From assembly GCA_024346625.1 (NCBI GenBank), contig AP024664.1:3658001-3722000 (forward strand): a stretch of DNA of 64,000 bases, written 5' to 3'. This document shows positions 59,744-64,000 of this stretch, piece by piece. The position numbers and the translations under genes are program-made. The notes beneath the pieces were generated by a model that saw only the letters and a list, made by a program, of their open reading frames with translations, did no database searches and had not been told where the DNA came from. This DNA comes from Williopsis jadinii. Its lineage: Eukaryota. The first letter of the stretch is position 1; each line of letters opens with the position of its first letter.

Positions 59744-60262
59744 ATGTCTGCTGTTTGCAGTACCAAGCCTCGGTTAGACCAGCCACGAACCGTGGCACAA
59801 CTATCACCAAGGTCGAAGAGACGACTGTACACGCACCATGTCTTTGAAGAGGATATCCCACAACTGGAGAGTTTGTTCAAGCGTGGTATTGAACAGACGG
59901 GCTGTAGAAGCCTAAAGAAGCTCAAATCAAACTCTGATGAATCACAGCACAGCAAGAACTACGTCTATAACGAACCACCAGTTCCATCATCATTATTTGT
60001 ACGTGCACATCCACCCAGGGCTAATAAATCACACCAACGACAACAGCCCCTGGTACAGAGAGTCATCAAGAATCAGCATAGCGTTGCGCAATCGAATGAT
60101 CTGCTAGCTCGAGTGAAGAACATAAACATGATGAGAGCTGAGATGAAGTGCAACATGGATCTTTATGCACACGAATTGGTACACCACCTGGATGATGCCA
60201 TTCCGACACAGCTGGATATGTCAAGGGATGCTTTAGAGTCAATAATCATCAACAACAGATGA
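59744..60262 (+). CDS. Hypothetical protein (172 aa)
   Basis: ATG in good context, TATATAAA about 140 bp upstream, convergent with CCZ1; family not recognised. Confidence 0.7.
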   Translation: MSAVCSTKPRLDQPRTVAQLSPRSKRRLYTHHVFEEDIPQLESLFKRGIEQTGCRSLKKLKSNSDESQHSKNYVYNEPPVPSSLFVRAHPPRANKSHQRQQPLVQRVIKNQHSVAQSNDLLARVKNINMMRAEMKCNMDLYAHELVHHLDDAIPTQLDMSRDALESIIINNR

Positions 60263-60292
60263 CTTCTTATCGTGTATTCCTTTCTTTTGTAA

Positions 60293-61978
60293 TCACGTAA
60301 ATCGCTCCAGTAGAAGTTTGGCCTCCAGCGCAATGCTTCCCAGCATATCCGTACTACTGTCGAGTATACCGGATGCATTGGAGGATGACTCACGTTTATC
60401 TGAGGGTGCATGCCATCTCTTGATTATAATCACCTTCCTGTTGGATTCTGTTGTTTCATAACACCACCAACCATTCTTCGTACGTATCAACCTTTCAGAA
60501 TGCTCTGGATCGTGTTGAAACATGTTGGCCAGCTCCCTATGCACGATGATCGATTGCATTCTCGAATTCTCCAAGTCATCAGGATGTTTAACGTCGTAGT
60601 GTTCGTCGTCTTTATCAACACTCAAGATCATTGGCAAATTCGTATCTAGACGACGTTTCAAAGTGTCAAAAAGTATATAATGTAGGTGACGTTTCTTTGA
60701 AACCACATTAGAAGCGTGTGATCTGTTCCCCCGTGTAAACTGCTCCAAATCCTTTGCCAGTTGGGAATAAAACTGTAGCTCGTTCAATGTGTTCACGTTG
60801 AATTCAAAGATTAGTATGATCAATTTTCCCTCTGATTTAAATATGACAATTCTATACAATTTCTCGTCATTGCAATCTTCAAATTGAAGATATACGTTTT
60901 TGTAAGTTATAGCTTCTCCCAATGACCCAATAAGGAAAGGTGTCTCCGAGGTTGTCTTGTCGCTGACAACATCTGTAATCGCTGGTTCAATTCCCTTCCC
61001 CCAGGGGAGATAGCCGTTCAAATATTCAACTCCTTGACTCATGGCTTTAATACCTGTGTTCACACCAGCAGTTATACCTGCAATACTGGAGACATCGTTT
61101 ATTGTGGACAACACCATCTTGAAAGGATCGTAAATGGTCTCATCTGAATGAGCGATTGCTTTATTCAATTGGGAATCCTGTGTAATAATGTTGCTTGAGG
61201 TCAGGCTTTCACTTGTGATACCATAGTGCACCAATTCCTCTAGCCAGTGTAACAGTCTGACTTTCGAACATGTTTGTAGCTTCTTTGAATGCTCGTAGAT
61301 GAGTCCAAACTCATCAACGTTGTCCACTTGAGGGTCCCAAACAAGGAAGTCCTTAAAACCATATTTCTCCCTCAAAACATCAACATTCGAAGAAACCTCA
61401 GAATCAAACCTCAACTGTGATCTTCTATATGAATCCGTAAGCTTCAATATGCCTTCTCCGTTCATATGTAAGTCTAGTTGAGTTGTCCAAATGTGCCACC
61501 ATTTGGTCAGGAATCTTGTGCATTCATCCCTCGACATACTCTCCCAAAGGCTCTGAATCGTACCATGGTGCAGCCTGAAATGATCATACCCTCTATATAT
61601 AAGCTGGTGTAGATAGTTCACAGGTGCAATGTCGAATTTCCGATACTCAACACCATCGTCATCCTCGACCCTGGTGCACTCAATCTGTAATATGCAGTGG
61701 TAGCGGGACTCCAACACCGTATACAGGACGTATCCATCTTCCAGAGCAACGTGGTTCAGCTGAGCCCCCTGTGTGTAATTGTCACAGAAATGGAAGATTC
61801 CCTGCAGCAGACCAACCTTCCTCGTCTTCGTGTTGACATCAACGTCACTGGGGATGAACACCACTATCTGTTGATCAGAGTCCTCTTCGCTATGTGACAA
61901 AGAAGGGTCATATATCGCAAACAACTTTACGCTGGCAGGTGTAACTGTGGCATCAGTACGTGTTGAGAAAAGCTCCAT
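60293..61978 (-). CDS. CCZ1: Vacuolar fusion protein Ccz1 (longin domains)
   Basis: FAIYDPSL...QQIVVF...RKVGLLQG, GYDHFRLHHG and ERLIRTKNGWW; position near AGP2/HSL7 as in S. cerevisiae. Confidence 0.85.
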   Translation of the reverse strand: MELFSTRTDATVTPASVKLFAIYDPSLSHSEEDSDQQIVVFIPSDVDVNTKTRKVGLLQGIFHFCDNYTQGAQLNHVALEDGYVLYTVLESRYHCILQIECTRVEDDDGVEYRKFDIAPVNYLHQLIYRGYDHFRLHHGTIQSLWESMSRDECTRFLTKWWHIWTTQLDLHMNGEGILKLTDSYRRSQLRFDSEVSSNVDVLREKYGFKDFLVWDPQVDNVDEFGLIYEHSKKLQTCSKVRLLHWLEELVHYGITSESLTSSNIITQDSQLNKAIAHSDETIYDPFKMVLSTINDVSSIAGITAGVNTGIKAMSQGVEYLNGYLPWGKGIEPAITDVVSDKTTSETPFLIGSLGEAITYKNVYLQFEDCNDEKLYRIVIFKSEGKLIILIFEFNVNTLNELQFYSQLAKDLEQFTRGNRSHASNVVSKKRHLHYILFDTLKRRLDTNLPMILSVDKDDEHYDVKHPDDLENSRMQSIIVHRELANMFQHDPEHSERLIRTKNGWWCYETTESNRKVIIIKRWHAPSDKRESSSNASGILDSSTDMLGSIALEAKLLLERFT

Positions 61979-62256
61979 TGGATACTCAGCTCCTCTATCG
62001 CTAGCACACCAGCAACATCATCAACATCAACATCAACAACAACATCCTTGAGCAAAATGCGTGCGAGGGCATATGAGCCCTGTGTAGTGGTGTCTGGGTG
62101 TCTTGTCCAGTGTGTTTTCCCGCTCTGCGCGTTATGTGCCCTCGTACCAAAAAAATTCCCAACGCCGAAGGAGGAAAACGGTGACGATCAACGTTTGTTG
62201 TTAAGTTAGATTCGTCCAATAAGACAGCACAGTTCTCTCGATCAACAGCTTGAAAC

Positions 62257-63885
62257 ATGGTGCTTGCCGACTTGGGACGCAGAATCAACACTGCTGTGTC
62301 GAGTGCGATCAAGTCCAGCGATGTGGACAGCGCCATCGATGTGATGCTGAAGGAAATTTGCAATGCTCTGCTGGAATCCGATGTTAACTTCAAGCTCGTT
62401 GCGAAGTTGCGTAACGATATCCGTGCCAAGTTGAACTCCGATGAGAGTGTGAATGCGCAGCAGAAGAAGAAGATCATTCAGAAAGTTGTTTTTGACGAGC
62501 TGTGCGCTCTCGTTGATACCGGAGCTGAGCCATACAAGCCAAAGAAGGGCAAGAGAAACGTTATCATGTTTGTCGGTTTGCAAGGTGCTGGTAAGACTAC
62601 GTCGTGTACGAAGCTAGCTATGTATTACAAGAGAAGGGGGTTCAAGGTTGGTCTTGTGTGTGCCGATACGTTTAGAGCTGGTGCATTCGACCAGTTGAAG
62701 CAGAACGCTGCTAAGGCCAATGTTCCTTACTACGGTTCGTATACAGAGACGAACCCTGTGATTGTTGCCAAAGAAGGTGTTGAGAAATTCAAAAAGGAGA
62801 AATTCGACATTATCATTGTGGATACTTCTGGTAGACATAGACAAGAGGAGGACTTGTTCCAAGAGATGATTGAGATTGGTGAAGCTGTGCATCCAAATCA
62901 GACCATCATGGTTCTCGATGCCTCCATTGGTCAAGCCGCAGAGGCACAATCCAAGGCCTTTAAGGAGAGTTCTGATTTTGGTTCCATTATTTTGACAAAG
63001 ATGGATGGACACGCCAAAGGTGGTGGTGCTATCTCTGCTGTTGCTGCCACGCACACACCAATCGTCTTTATCGGTACTGGTGAACATACCCAAGATTTCG
63101 AAAGCTTCAACCCAAAGTCGTTCATTTCAAAGCTCTTGGGTATCGGAGATATCCAGGGCCTTATCGAGAAGGTTCAGTCGTTGGACATTGATCATAAGGA
63201 TACCATAAAGAACATCCAGGAGGGTAAGTTCACCATTTCCAATTATCAACAACAGATCCAAGGTATATTGAAACTAGGACCAATTTCACAGATTGCGAAC
63301 ATGGTTCCCGGTCTGGGCCAGATGATGAATGGTATAAACGACAACGAGGCACAGAACGGGTTCAAGAAACTCATGTGTGTTCTCGACTCCATGACCAAAG
63401 AAGAGCTGGAATCAGACGGCAAGATATTCATCGAACAACCGTCCAGAATCGTCAGGGTCGCCCGCGGCGCAGCTCTCCCAGTACACGAGGTTGAGATGAT
63501 CCTCACACAGGTGAATATGATGAGTGGAATGGCACAGCAGTCTAAGAACATGAAAGACAGTGGGATGGCTGGCATGGGTGGTAACCCATCCCAACCGCAG
63601 ATGCAAAAGATGATGAGACAGATGCAGTCCAACCCTGGCATGATGGCCAACGCCATGAGAAACATGCAAAACATCCCAGGCATGGGCGACATGATGAAGA
63701 GCATGATGGGAGGCCAAGGTGCTGGTGCGGGCGGAATGCCAGATATGAACCAGATGATGAAGGCCATGCAAGGCATGGGACTTGGTGGTGGTGCACCGGG
63801 TGCACCTGCTGGAGGAATGCCAGACATGTCTGCTATGATGAACAACCCAATGATGAAGCAGATGATGAAGAACATGGGGATGTAA
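62257..63885 (+). CDS. SRP54: Signal recognition particle 54-kDa subunit
   Basis: [42 protein letters not shown] and Met-rich M domain. Confidence 0.98.
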   Translation: MVLADLGRRINTAVSSAIKSSDVDSAIDVMLKEICNALLESDVNFKLVAKLRNDIRAKLNSDESVNAQQKKKIIQKVVFDELCALVDTGAEPYKPKKGKRNVIMFVGLQGAGKTTSCTKLAMYYKRRGFKVGLVCADTFRAGAFDQLKQNAAKANVPYYGSYTETNPVIVAKEGVEKFKKEKFDIIIVDTSGRHRQEEDLFQEMIEIGEAVHPNQTIMVLDASIGQAAEAQSKAFKESSDFGSIILTKMDGHAKGGGAISAVAATHTPIVFIGTGEHTQDFESFNPKSFISKLLGIGDIQGLIEKVQSLDIDHKDTIKNIQEGKFTISNYQQQIQGILKLGPISQIANMVPGLGQMMNGINDNEAQNGFKKLMCVLDSMTKEELESDGKIFIEQPSRIVRVARGAALPVHEVEMILTQVNMMSGMAQQSKNMKDSGMAGMGGNPSQPQMQKMMRQMQSNPGMMANAMRNMQNIPGMGDMMKSMMGGQGAGAGGMPDMNQMMKAMQGMGLGGGAPGAPAGGMPDMSAMMNNPMMKQMMKNMGM

Positions 63886-63898
63886 GCTATCTGTGTCT

Positions 63899-63968
63899 CC
63901 ATCTCTCTCATTGTATGGGAGCACACGTCTGTCTCCCCATCTCTCTCATTGTATGGGAGCACACGTCT
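63899..63968. repeat. Tandem duplication (38-bp period) in the SRP54 3' UTR
   Basis: ccatctctctcattgtatgggagcacacgtct at 63899-63930 and 63937-63968. Confidence 0.9.
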
Positions 63969-64000
63969 ATACCGTAATCAACACCATAATGAAGTACACC

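Noticed and set aside
63246..63962. 238-aa and 170-aa minus-strand ORFs
   Set aside because: Antisense to the Met/Gly-rich SRP54 M domain.

Overview
Eukaryotic DNA from a budding yeast (Saccharomycotina). CTG is read as Leu in conserved SRP54 motifs, so it is not a CTG-clade species; short spliceosomal introns suggest a Cyberlindnera/Wickerhamomyces-like lineage, which is inference only. About 24 protein-coding loci are present: RPC40, a CRP1/MDG1-like CBM protein, CDC26, DOA10/SSM4 (in two pieces), CWF19, a U1-type Zn-finger protein, TIM44, MDM38, UTP22, ERV46, a HOR7/DDR2-like peptide, NVJ2, MEC1, CKS1, HSL7, a TYE7-like bHLH, an acid phosphatase, a PIR-repeat wall protein, AGP2, an MNN2-family enzyme, CCZ1, SRP54 and two hypothetical proteins. 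Two things stand out. (1) Two dispersed copies (about 1796-2661 and 44538-45317) of a non-autonomous Fanzor2/IS607-TnpB-type element. One keeps the Zn-ribbon/RuvC C-terminus (VTEEYT-CxxC...CxxC-DRDINGARN). Both keep a conserved repeat-bearing left end and a structured right end resembling an omegaRNA scaffold, each next to a different flanking guide. The first copy also carries a nested TG...CA solo-LTR/MITE-like insertion. (2) The ERAD E3 ligase gene DOA10 is split inside its TD domain into two intact ORFs on opposite strands, separated by an apparently inverted 5.3-kb block. All identities and alignments were made by eye.
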